Shown here one piece after another: positions 8,987 through 17,661 of a stretch of 64,000 bases of DNA (within the stretch, counting starts at the first letter, position 1; each line of letters opens with the position of its first letter). A program made the position numbers and the translations under genes. Origin of the DNA: Myxococcota bacterium (GTDB lineage Bacteria > Myxococcota_A > UBA796 > UBA9615 > JAKLKC01); contig JAKLKC010000015.1 in assembly GCA_023150875.1 (NCBI GenBank), positions 21,953 to 85,952 on the forward strand, written 5' to 3'. The notes below the pieces were generated by a model. It was given only the letters and a program-made list of their open reading frames with translations. It did not search any database and was not told where the DNA came from.

Positions 8987-9964
8987 TCAGGGACGCTGCG
9001 CGCCCACGAGCCTGGCGCATTCGGGGGAGCCCAGGTCCGTGGGGACGGGCCCCACGCCCCCGGGCCAGGGGCGTGCCGCCCCGTCCCGCTCGGAGGCGAG
9101 GCGGACCGCGTGCTCGACGATGGCCCCGGCCACGTCCCTGCCCGTGGCCTGCTCCAGGCCCTCGAAGCCCGGAGAGCTGTTCACCTCCAGGACCACGGGG
9201 CCGCGGGAGGTCTCCAGCAGGTCCACGCCCGCCACCGTCAGGCCCATGGCCCCCGTCGCCGCCAGGGCCAGGCGGGTGGTCTCCGCGTCCAGGCTCGCGA
9301 TCTCGCACGTTCCGCCCCGGTGGACGTTGGCCCGGAAGTCTCCCCGGCGGGCGATCCGGCGCATGGCCGCCACCACGCGGCCCCCCACCACCACCGCCCG
9401 CAGGTCCCGCCCCCGGGCCTCGGCGACGAAGCGCTGGATCAGCACGGCCTCCCCGAGGCTCCAGAGGGCGTCCAGGGTGGACTCCGCGGCCTCGGTGGTC
9501 TCCGCCAGGATCACCCCCACACCTTGGGTGCCCTGGAGGAGCTTCAGCACCACGGGCGCCCCCCCCACCGCCTCCACCGCCTCGGCGACCTCCCCCGGGC
9601 TCTGCACCACCGCCGTGTCGGGGATGTCGATGCGGGCGCGGGCCAGGGCCTGCAACGACGAGAGGCGGTCCCTGGCGTTCCAGATCCCCACCGAGCCGTT
9701 GGCGACGGGGACGCCCATCTCCTCGAGCTGCCGCACCAGGGCCATGCCGTAGCGCCAGATCGACGTGCCGATCCGCGGGATGGCGGCGTCGACCCCCCGC
9801 AGGGGGCGGCGGCCGTAGCTGACGTCGGCCCCCCGGGCGGTCACCTCCAGCCGGCACTGGAGGGGATCCGCCACCAGCGGCCGGTGGCCCAGGCGTTGGG
9901 CCGCTTCGGCGAGGCGGCGCGAGGAGTAGAGGGCGGGGTTGCGGGAGAGGATCAGGAGCTTCAC
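8987..9964 (-). CDS. rimK: RimK-family alpha-L-glutamate ligase (ATP-grasp)
   Basis: MKLLILSRNPALYSSRRL, IPRIGTSI, VVLKLLQGTQGVGV, DFRANVHRGG, LEVNSSPGFEGLE. Confidence 0.93.
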   Translation of the reverse strand: MKLLILSRNPALYSSRRLAEAAQRLGHRPLVADPLQCRLEVTARGADVSYGRRPLRGVDAAIPRIGTSIWRYGMALVRQLEEMGVPVANGSVGIWNARDRLSSLQALARARIDIPDTAVVQSPGEVAEAVEAVGGAPVVLKLLQGTQGVGVILAETTEAAESTLDALWSLGEAVLIQRFVAEARGRDLRAVVVGGRVVAAMRRIARRGDFRANVHRGGTCEIASLDAETTRLALAATGAMGLTVAGVDLLETSRGPVVLEVNSSPGFEGLEQATGRDVAGAIVEHAVRLASERDGAARPWPGGVGPVPTDLGSPECARLVGAQRP

Positions 9965-10215
9965 GGGAGCTCCCCGCGGCGAGGGGAGGGCACCCGGCGC
10001 CTGGAGCCGTCGGGACGGGCCCGCCGCCGCGTGGGGCGGGGTGGGACCGGAGGGCCGTCCTCGCGCGGCCCGCGCCCCCGATCCTATGACGGGAACGGGC
10101 TCCGGAGAACCATCCCCCGACGATCTCCCCCGATCCGCGGCAGGGCCCCCGGTTGCGCCCGGAGCCCCGGGGGCCGATCATCCCCTCTCCGCGCCCCGAG
10201 GAGTGGGCGGAGCCC

Positions 10216-10698
10216 ATGCCGGAACGCGCCCGTATTCGAATCCTCGCCCTCGACGTCGGTTCGAAGACCGTCGGAGTGGCCGTCTCGGACGAGCTGGGTC
10301 TCACCGCCCAGCCGGTGGGCACCGTCCGGCGCCGGGGGCTGGACGCCGACGTGGGCGAGGTGGCGGCCATCGCCGACCGGTACTCCGCCACCGAGGTCGT
10401 GGTGGGACTCCCGGTGCGGACCGACGGCACCGAAGGGGACTCCGCCCGCCGCTCCCGTCGCTTCGGCGAGGCCCTCGCCGCCGCCCGGCCCACCCTCCCG
10501 GTGGCCTACGCCGACGAGCGCTTCACCACCGTCATCGCCGAGAGGGCCCTGATCGGCGGTGGGATGCGGCGGGAGCGCCGCAGGGAGGTCATCGACACGG
10601 TCGCCGCCCAGGTCCTCCTCCAGGACTGGCTCGACTCCCGGCGCCGCCGGGAGGCCGCGGGGGGGAGCGGCGGAGCGCGGCGCGGGGAGGGAGGGTGA
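10216..10698 (+). CDS. ruvX: YqgF/RuvX family RNase H-fold nuclease
   Basis: ILALDVGSKTVGVAVSD, VVVGLP, DERFTTVIAE, IDTVAAQVLLQDWLD. Confidence 0.95.
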   Translation: MPERARIRILALDVGSKTVGVAVSDELGLTAQPVGTVRRRGLDADVGEVAAIADRYSATEVVVGLPVRTDGTEGDSARRSRRFGEALAAARPTLPVAYADERFTTVIAERALIGGGMRRERRREVIDTVAAQVLLQDWLDSRRRREAAGGSGGARRGEGG

Positions 10699-11732
10699 GC
10701 CTCCGCCGCCTCGCCGTGGTCGCGCTGGTGCTGGCCGTGCTGGGGGGGGCCGCCGCCGCCGGGTTCGGCGCCTGGCTCGCCCGCTGGACCCACACCCCGG
10801 CCTCGACGGCGGAGGGCGAGAAGGTGCTGGAGGTCCCGCGGGGCTCCACGGCCCGCGCGGTCTCGGAGATGCTGGCCAGGGAGGGGGTGGTGGGAGATCC
10901 CCGCCTCTTCGAGCGATACCTGAGGTGGGAGGGGGCCGCGGGGAAGCTGAGGGCGGGCGAGTTCCGGTTCCGGACCGACTGGTCCCCCGAGCGGGTCCTG
11001 CGGGCGCTCCTCCACGACGCCGAGGTCACCTGGCCCCTCACCGTCCCCGAGGGCCTGTCCATGAAGGAGATCGCCGGCCGGGTCGAGGCGGCGGGCCTGG
11101 GGAGGGCCGAGGCGTTCCTGGCCCTCTGCGCCGATCCCGACCTGCTCCGCCGGGCGCGGAGCGCCCACGCGAACCTGGAGGGCTACCTGTTCCCCGAGAC
11201 CTACCGGTTCCCGAGGGGCACGACCGAGCGCCAGGTGGTGGAGGCGATGCTCGACGAGTTCGAGCGACACTGGTCCCCCGCCGACGACGAGAGGGCCCGG
11301 CAGATCGGCCTCACCCGCGACCAGGTGGTCACCCTGGCCTCGGTGGTGGAGAAGGAGACCGGCGCCGCCGAGGAGAGGCCGCTGGTGGCGTCGGTGTTCC
11401 ACAACCGCCTCGCCCGGGGCATGAAGCTGGAGAGCGACCCGACCATCATCTACGGGCTGAAGGACTACGACGGCGACATCCGCTCCCGGGACATCCGGGA
11501 CCCCCACCCGTGGAACACCTACGTCGTTCCGGGCCTCCCCGCGGGTCCCATCGCCAGCCCCGGCGGAGCCGCGCTGCGGGCCACCCTGCACCCCGCCGAG
11601 ACCGAATACCTCTACTTCGTCGCCACCACCGGGGGGCGCCACCACTTCAGCCGCACCTACGAGGAGCACGCCCGCATGGTGAAGGCCTGGCAGATGCGCC
11701 GCCGCCCGCTGGAGGCGGGGGTCGGCCGGTGA
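10695..11732 (+). CDS. mltG: Endolytic transglycosylase MltG (YceG)
   Basis: N-terminal TM, LEGYLFPETY, LASVVEKET, MKLESDPT, PWNTY...GLPAGPIASPG, YLYFVA; GTGA overlap with ruvX. Confidence 0.96.
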   Translation: MSLRRLAVVALVLAVLGGAAAAGFGAWLARWTHTPASTAEGEKVLEVPRGSTARAVSEMLAREGVVGDPRLFERYLRWEGAAGKLRAGEFRFRTDWSPERVLRALLHDAEVTWPLTVPEGLSMKEIAGRVEAAGLGRAEAFLALCADPDLLRRARSAHANLEGYLFPETYRFPRGTTERQVVEAMLDEFERHWSPADDERARQIGLTRDQVVTLASVVEKETGAAEERPLVASVFHNRLARGMKLESDPTIIYGLKDYDGDIRSRDIRDPHPWNTYVVPGLPAGPIASPGGAALRATLHPAETEYLYFVATTGGRHHFSRTYEEHARMVKAWQMRRRPLEAGVGR

Positions 11733-12628
11733 CGGGGGCCGGGCGCAGCGCCGCGGACCTGGGCGTCGTCACCTTCGCGCCCGGCGTGCGGGGGATCGCC
11801 CTCCGCACGCCGACGCTGCCGCCCGCCACCACCACCTGGTGCTGGATCCTGGGGGAGGGGGAGCGGGGCTTCCTGGTCGAACCGGCCTCGCCGTGGATCG
11901 AGGAGCAGCGCCGCCTGGGGCAGGCCCTCCGGGCCCTGGAGCGCGAGGAGGGGTACCGTCCCGGCAGGGCCCTGCTCACCCACCTCCACCCCGACCACGT
12001 CGGGGGCGCCAACGCGGTGCGGGATCGGGGCGTCGCCCTCCACGCCCATCCCCTCACGGGGGAGGCGGTGCTGGATCTGGGCATCGAGGTCGACGCCGAG
12101 GTGGGGGAGGGGGACGTCTGGACCGCGGGCGAAGGCGAGGAGCACACCTGGGTCGCCCTCCACACCCCCGGCCACGCCCGGGGGCACGTCGCGCTCCTGC
12201 AGCCCGCCCGCGGGGTGGTCGTGGCGGGGGACCTGGTCGCCGGCGAGGGCACCGTGGTCATCGATCCCCCCGAGGGGGACCTGGGGGACTACCTGCGCTC
12301 CCTGGACCGCCTGATCGGCCTTGGCGCCCGCCTCCTGCTCCCCGCCCACGGCCCGCCCATCCAGGATGGACCCGCCCTGCTCCGGGGCTACATCGCCCAT
12401 CGCCTCGCCCGGGAGGGGCAGGTGGTGGAGGGCCTCCGGGCCGCGGGGGCCCGACCCTCGGTCCCCGAGGACCTCGTCCCCGGGATCTACGCCTCGGTGC
12501 CGCGGGTGCTGTGGCCTGCGGCCGCCCGATCGGTCCTCGCCCACCTCCTCAAGCTCGTCCAGGAAGGGCGGGCGGACGAGGGCCCACCGGGTCGCTTCCG
12601 TCTCCGGACCCCCTCCCCGGAGCCCTGA
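11729..12628 (+). CDS. MBL-fold metallo-hydrolase (LACTB2-like, C-terminal winged helix)
   Basis: LRTPTLPPATTT, THLHPDHVGG, HTPGHARGH, GDLGDYLRSL, PAHGP, AARSVLAHLLKL. Confidence 0.92.
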   Translation: MTGAGRSAADLGVVTFAPGVRGIALRTPTLPPATTTWCWILGEGERGFLVEPASPWIEEQRRLGQALRALEREEGYRPGRALLTHLHPDHVGGANAVRDRGVALHAHPLTGEAVLDLGIEVDAEVGEGDVWTAGEGEEHTWVALHTPGHARGHVALLQPARGVVVAGDLVAGEGTVVIDPPEGDLGDYLRSLDRLIGLGARLLLPAHGPPIQDGPALLRGYIAHRLAREGQVVEGLRAAGARPSVPEDLVPGIYASVPRVLWPAAARSVLAHLLKLVQEGRADEGPPGRFRLRTPSPEP

Positions 12629-12658
12629 CCCCGGGCTCCGGGGCCGGGGTCACCAACC

Positions 12659-13045
12659 TCAGGTCCGGTACCGGGCCGGGAACAGGCGCCGCAGGTTGTC
12701 GGGCAGTCGGCCCAGCAGGTCCATCAGGTGGTCGTCCCCCACCGCCTCGGACACGACGTGGAGCACGTCGCGGGTCTGGCGGCGTGCCTCGTCCTCGGGG
12801 ATCTGCTGCTCGGCGGCGATCTCGCGGATCAGGTCGGGCTCCGACCGGGGGTCGTAGATGCCCGCCCGCTCCAGGACCATCTCCTGGATCGCCGCGGGCA
12901 GGGCCTCGGCGAGGCCGCGGGCCTCGTCTTGGGTCATCCGCTCCGCAAGGACTCCCAGGACCGCCCTGCACAGGATCTCTGTCTCGCCGAGGTTGGGCAG
13001 GTGCGAACGCTCGCGGACCTTCTCCAGGAACTCGCGGGTCTGCAT
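12659..13045 (-). CDS. DUF2267 family protein
   Basis: EFLEKVRER...RAVLGVLAERMTQDEARGLAEALP...VLHVVSEAV...LLGRLP; start re-called at ATG 13045. Confidence 0.8.
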   Translation of the reverse strand: MQTREFLEKVRERSHLPNLGETEILCRAVLGVLAERMTQDEARGLAEALPAAIQEMVLERAGIYDPRSEPDLIREIAAEQQIPEDEARRQTRDVLHVVSEAVGDDHLMDLLGRLPDNLRRLFPARYRT

Positions 13046-13261
13046 CGTGGGCCCTCCATCCCGGGGGGACGCTTCAAGGGCCGTACCGCGCCGGGCGTGG
13101 AGCCGCCTCGGCCCATTCGGACCCGCAGTCCGGACCCGGGGGCATGGGACAGGGGAGGGGGGCGCGCAACCCTCGTGCACGCAGGGGCTCCGGGGCGGTG
13201 CACCGAAGGAGCAGGGGGACGATGGGTCCGGGACCCCGGTTGGGGGCGGGCGGGGCGGCGG

Positions 13262-15358
13262 CTACAGCGCCAGCACGATCCCGGCACCCCCGCCGGCGAG
13301 GAGCCACGTGGGCTTGAAGGTGGCGTCGACCTCCTCGATGTGGGCGGCGTGGATCACCCCGAGCCCCCCCTGCACATAGAAGCCGAACTTGTCGGAGATC
13401 AGGAAGTCGGCCCCCCCCTTGAACCGCGCCCCGGGGGCGAAGCGGGCGCCGTCCTCGGGGTCGACGTTGTAGAGGATGAAGACGCCGTCCAGGCCGACGA
13501 ACGGGTGGACGCTTCCCCGGGAGCCCTTGTACTGCACTCCGACGGTGAACGAGGGCAGCGTGAAGGTCGACTTCTCGCCGGCCACCTCCCCCGAGGTCCA
13601 GCCCGCGCCGAAGCCGATGTCGATGAGGAAGTTCCGGTGGGCGTGGATCCCGATGGAGGCGTCGGCCGAGAACATCCCCCGATAGAAGTAGGTGGCGCCG
13701 GCCTGGACCTTCACCGCGACCTTGGCGCTGGCCCCCCGGTCCTCCACACGGGCGCGACCCCGGGAGGAGCGGGAGGAGTAGTCCGAGTCGCCGTCCAGGT
13801 CCTTCACCCGCTTGGAGCCCCCGGAGGAAGCGCGGGACGAGGAGCGTCGGGGTTCCAGCCGGTCCTCGTCCTCGTCCTCGTCCATCGCCTCCGACGCGGA
13901 CACGTACCCGTCCCGGTCCTCCGCCCGGTCGCGGCGGGGCCGCTCTCCGTCGTCGCTGCTCTCGTCGGCCGCGGCGCGGGAGGCGGTCCGGGAGTATCCC
14001 TCGTCGCCGTCCCCGGCGCGGGAGGCGGTCCGGGAATACCCCTCGTCGTCGTCTCCGGCGCGGGAGGAGGTCCGGGAGTACCCCTCGCCGTCGTCCCCGG
14101 AGCGGGAGGAGGTCCGGGAGTACCCCTCGCCGTCGTCCCCGGAGCGGGAAGCGGTGCGGGAGTACCCCTCGTCGTCCCCGGCGCGGGAGGAGGTCCGGGA
14201 GTACCCCTCGCTCCGGGACGCCGACGGGGAAGACGACCGGCTCCCCGTTTCCTCTTCCTCTTCGTCGTCGGCGTCGCCGATGACGATCAGGTCACGCGCC
14301 GACGTGATCTCGATCTCGTCCGAGGAGGATGCCGCCGCGGTCCGCTTCTCCTCCTCCCGTCGCCTCCGGTCCGCCTCGGCGAGACGCTCGGCCTCCTTCT
14401 TCTTCTCCTCCTCTTCGGCCCGCCGGGCGGCCTCCCGTCTCTCCTTCTCCTCCGCGGCGCGGCGCTCCGCGTCCCGCTTCTTCTGCTCCTCCTCGGCCTT
14501 GCGGGCGGCTTCCCGGCGTCCCGCCTCCTCCTCGGCCCTCCGGGCGGCCTCGCGGCGCTCCTTCTCCTCCTGGTCCCGGCGGGCCGCCTCCCGGCTCCGC
14601 CGGTCCTCCTCTTCCTTCCGCGCGGCCTCGCGCCTCTCCTCGTCCGCGAGGCGGGCGTCGATCTCGTCTTCTCCCTCCTCATCTTCGGCGTCCTCCCGGG
14701 AAGCCCGGGCGGGCGGACGCTCGTCGTCCTGGGAGGCCGCCACGTCCTTGGTCCGGACCTTGCCTTCGAGGCCGAAGGGGTCCTCTTCCTCGTCGTCGTC
14801 CCCGAAGAGGTCGTCGTTGGTGATGGTGAGCAGAGGCTTCTCCTCGGCCTTCTGGGCCGCGGCGAGCTGGGCGGGGGCGGGGCCCGCGGGGGCCTTGCCG
14901 GTGAGCACCTCCGCGACGAGTCCGGGGACCTGGTCCACGAGCTTGTCCGGCGCCGACGGCACCTCCCGCTCGACCTCGCGCTTCACCTTTCCCGTCGCCG
15001 CGTCGAAGAGACGGAGCTTCACCCGCAGGAGCGTCCCGTCGTCGGAGGTGACCGATCCCGCCAGCAGGACGGCGTACTTCTTCTGTGAGGCGAAGCTCTT
15101 GAGGCAGGAGACGTCGCCGGGGCAGCCGTTGGGGAACTCCCCGGCGGCGTGCTGCATCGAGAAGTCGTACCCCCCCTGGATGTCCACCTCGGAGGCGATG
15201 AGGGAGGTCAGGTTGACGATGACGTTCTTGGTCAGGCCCTTGCCGCCGCCGGTCAGCTCCAGCACTCCGGCCGTACCACCGGCGATGGCGGCGCGGGGGG
15301 CCACGAGCAGCAGGAGCGCGAGCAGGGCGAGTCGGCCGAATCGTCGTTCGACGGGCAT
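13262..15358 (-). CDS. Secreted protein: N-terminal CsgG/TolB_N-like alpha/beta domain, long charged coiled-coil/repeat linker, C-terminal putative outer-membrane beta-barrel
   Basis: Signal peptide; CPGDVSC...LLAGSV...VKLRLFD; E/K/R/A-rich heptads; C-terminal alternating beta-strands (VHPFVGLDG, FGFYVQGGLG, GAGIVLAL); start re-called at ATG 15358. Confidence 0.7.
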   Translation of the reverse strand: MPVERRFGRLALLALLLLVAPRAAIAGGTAGVLELTGGGKGLTKNVIVNLTSLIASEVDIQGGYDFSMQHAAGEFPNGCPGDVSCLKSFASQKKYAVLLAGSVTSDDGTLLRVKLRLFDAATGKVKREVEREVPSAPDKLVDQVPGLVAEVLTGKAPAGPAPAQLAAAQKAEEKPLLTITNDDLFGDDDEEEDPFGLEGKVRTKDVAASQDDERPPARASREDAEDEEGEDEIDARLADEERREAARKEEEDRRSREAARRDQEEKERREAARRAEEEAGRREAARKAEEEQKKRDAERRAAEEKERREAARRAEEEEKKKEAERLAEADRRRREEEKRTAAASSSDEIEITSARDLIVIGDADDEEEEETGSRSSSPSASRSEGYSRTSSRAGDDEGYSRTASRSGDDGEGYSRTSSRSGDDGEGYSRTSSRAGDDDEGYSRTASRAGDGDEGYSRTASRAAADESSDDGERPRRDRAEDRDGYVSASEAMDEDEDEDRLEPRRSSSRASSGGSKRVKDLDGDSDYSSRSSRGRARVEDRGASAKVAVKVQAGATYFYRGMFSADASIGIHAHRNFLIDIGFGAGWTSGEVAGEKSTFTLPSFTVGVQYKGSRGSVHPFVGLDGVFILYNVDPEDGARFAPGARFKGGADFLISDKFGFYVQGGLGVIHAAHIEEVDATFKPTWLLAGGGAGIVLAL
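13973..14210. repeat. Intragenic tandem repeat, 6 copies of a 39-42 bp unit encoding EGYSRT(S/A)SR(A/S)GDD(G/D)
   Basis: Six near-identical GG(C/A)GCGGGAGG(A/C)GGTCCGGGA(G/A)TA(C/T)CCCTC units, in frame on the minus strand. Confidence 0.95.
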
Positions 15359-15569
15359 TTTGGGGCTCCGCGGGAGGTCCCCGGCATCGCCGGCGCCTCC
15401 CGGCGCGATGCGGCCCGCCTGGGGAGCGGGTCCGTCGAACCAGGGACAGCGATCCGCGGCCTGGGTTCCCGGTGTCGTCCTCCGGAGTGGCCGCGCCGAA
15501 GCGCAACATGATACGCGAGAGTCGCCATGGTGGTAAGAGTGCCCGCCGAGTCCAGCCGCCCTCCGTCCG

Positions 15570-15598
15570 TTGACCGACCCTCCCCCCTCGGCTACCCT
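15570..15598 (+). promoter_or_regulatory. Putative sigma70 promoter of the sulfatase-like operon
   Basis: TTGACC-17 bp-TACCCT. Confidence 0.55.
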
Positions 15599-15693
15599 TC
15601 CCGCGCGCTCTGCGCGGAGCAGGGTCGGACCCCGCCCCGGGGTCGGCGCCGGCCCGGCCGTCCGCCCCCCCGATCGCCCGTAGAGGTCATCCC

Positions 15694-17661
15694 ATGAACC
15701 AGCCCGCACCCCCCGAAGGGCGCGGCGGGGCGCGCGCCGTCGCCGTCGCCGCCCTGATCGTCGGCGTCCCTTGGGCCCTCCTGGAGGTGGCCGCGTTCGC
15801 CCGCCGCACGAGGCTGGTCTTCGGCGCTGGCGACGTCCCGGCCCTGCTCGCGACGGACCTGGCCCTCTGCACCGCGGCCGCCCTGGCGGGGGCCGCCGCG
15901 GGCGCGGGGATCGGTCGGGTGCTCCGCCGTCCGCGGGCCGCGGGCCTGGCGATCGCCGGTGCCCTCGGCGCCGCCACCGGCGTCTTCTTGCTGTCGGTGC
16001 TCCTGAGCCAGCCCATCCCCGGCCGGGACACCCACGTGGTGCCGGGCGGCACGCCGGTGGCGGTGGCGATCTCCGCCGGCGTCCCCCTTGCCGCCCTCGC
16101 CCTTGCGCTGGCGGTGGGTCCGGGCAGGGCCCTGCTGGGGGGCTGGGCGCTGGCCCTGGCCGCCGCCCTCCTGGCGTACCCGCCTCGTCCCCCCACGTTC
16201 CAGGCGGGTGAGGCGGCCGCGGACGCCCCGAACGTCCTGCTGGTGACCATCGACACGCTCCGGGCCGACCACGTCGCCACCATCGGCGGAGGTCCGCCGG
16301 ACGTGCGGACCCCGAACATGGACCGCCTGGCGGGCGAGGGCGTGCTGTTCACCCAGGCGTTCAGCCAGGCCCCCATCACCGGACCTTCCCACACGTCCAT
16401 GCTCTCGGGTCTCTACCCCTGGACCCACGAGACCCTGATCAACGGCGTGGCCCTGAAGCCCGGGATCCCCAACCTCCCCGAGCAGCTCGCCGGCAGGGGC
16501 TATCGGACGGGGGCCTTCGTCTCGGCCTACGTGCTGGACGGGGACTTCGGATATGGCCAGGGGTTCGACACCTACGACGACGAGTTCTACGCGGTGAAGG
16601 GGCTCTACGACACGTCGCCCATGCGCCTGTGGTACCAGCTCCGCATCCGCCTGTGGCTGGTGGACGACATCGAGAGGCGGGGGGACCGGACCACCGACGA
16701 GGCGCTCCGGTGGCTGGACCTGAACGGCGACCGCCCGTTCCTGGCGTGGGTCCACCTGTACGACCCCCACGGCAACTACGTCCCGCCGCCCCCCTACGAC
16801 ACCATGTACTACAACGGGGATCCGAGGGATCCGGGCAAGAACTCCATGCCCCCCAAGGAGAAGCTGGCGCTCTACTCCCAGGAACACCTCGACGGGATCA
16901 CCGACGCCGAGTGGGTCCTGGCCCAGTACAAGGGGGAGGTGACCTTCACCGACCACCAGGTGGGGCGCCTGCTCCAGAAGATCGAGGACCTGGGCGTGAA
17001 GGACCGGACCATCGTGTACCTGGTGGCGGACCACGGGGAGAGCCTCACCGAGCACGACTACTGGTTCAACCACGGCGCCCTGCTCTACGACCCCGACCTC
17101 CACGTGCCGATGATGGTGCGCTGGCCGGGGAAGATCCCGGCGGGGACGCGGGTCGATTCCCTCGCGGAGGTCACCGACGTCACCCCGACCCTGCTGGACC
17201 TGCTGGGCGTCCCGCCGTGGGACATGAAGGGGCGCTCCCTGAAGCCCCTGTGGGAGGGGACCCGTCCCCCCGTGACCGAGACCGACTCCATGTGCTTCGA
17301 CCGCGAGGCGAACCGGCAGGGTGGCATGTGGCGCTACAAGATGGTGTCCACCCGGACCGGCACCTCCCGGTACGTGTGCCGCCAGCAGGGGAAGGACGAG
17401 CTGTACGACCTGACCTCCGACCCCGAGGAGACGGTGAACGTCGCCAGCGACCCGGAGCGGGCCGCCCTGGTGGCGGCCTTCGAGGAGCACTGCCAGGCCG
17501 TCCTCGACAGCACCGGCAAGGGCGCCGACGACCGCGCCAACGAGTCCCTCACCATGACCGCCGAGCAGTGCGAGAAGCTCAAGGCGTTGGGCTACGTGGA
17601 CAACGACACCGACTGCGGCGCCCTGGGTACCCCGGGCTCGGCGGCGGCGGGGAGCCGCTGA
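15694..17661 (+). CDS. Membrane-anchored sulfatase-like (alkaline phosphatase superfamily) protein
   Basis: N-terminal TMs; PNVLLVTIDTLRADH, QAPITGPSHTSMLSG, WVHLYDPH, ADHGESL, ELYDLTSDPEE, LKALGY. Confidence 0.9.
   Translation: MNQPAPPEGRGGARAVAVAALIVGVPWALLEVAAFARRTRLVFGAGDVPALLATDLALCTAAALAGAAAGAGIGRVLRRPRAAGLAIAGALGAATGVFLLSVLLSQPIPGRDTHVVPGGTPVAVAISAGVPLAALALALAVGPGRALLGGWALALAAALLAYPPRPPTFQAGEAAADAPNVLLVTIDTLRADHVATIGGGPPDVRTPNMDRLAGEGVLFTQAFSQAPITGPSHTSMLSGLYPWTHETLINGVALKPGIPNLPEQLAGRGYRTGAFVSAYVLDGDFGYGQGFDTYDDEFYAVKGLYDTSPMRLWYQLRIRLWLVDDIERRGDRTTDEALRWLDLNGDRPFLAWVHLYDPHGNYVPPPPYDTMYYNGDPRDPGKNSMPPKEKLALYSQEHLDGITDAEWVLAQYKGEVTFTDHQVGRLLQKIEDLGVKDRTIVYLVADHGESLTEHDYWFNHGALLYDPDLHVPMMVRWPGKIPAGTRVDSLAEVTDVTPTLLDLLGVPPWDMKGRSLKPLWEGTRPPVTETDSMCFDREANRQGGMWRYKMVSTRTGTSRYVCRQQGKDELYDLTSDPEETVNVASDPERAALVAAFEEHCQAVLDSTGKGADDRANESLTMTAEQCEKLKALGYVDNDTDCGALGTPGSAAAGSR

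Noticed and set aside
6744-10493. Very long alternative-frame ORFs (also 25787..29335, 32246..35605, 40223..44407, 44389..48384)
   Set aside because: Shadow ORFs in very GC-rich DNA with Arg/Gly/Pro-rich composition, overlapping well-supported genes
13973-14210. CRISPR-like periodic repeats
   Set aside because: Units are contiguous, in frame and coding, with no unique spacers and no cas genes
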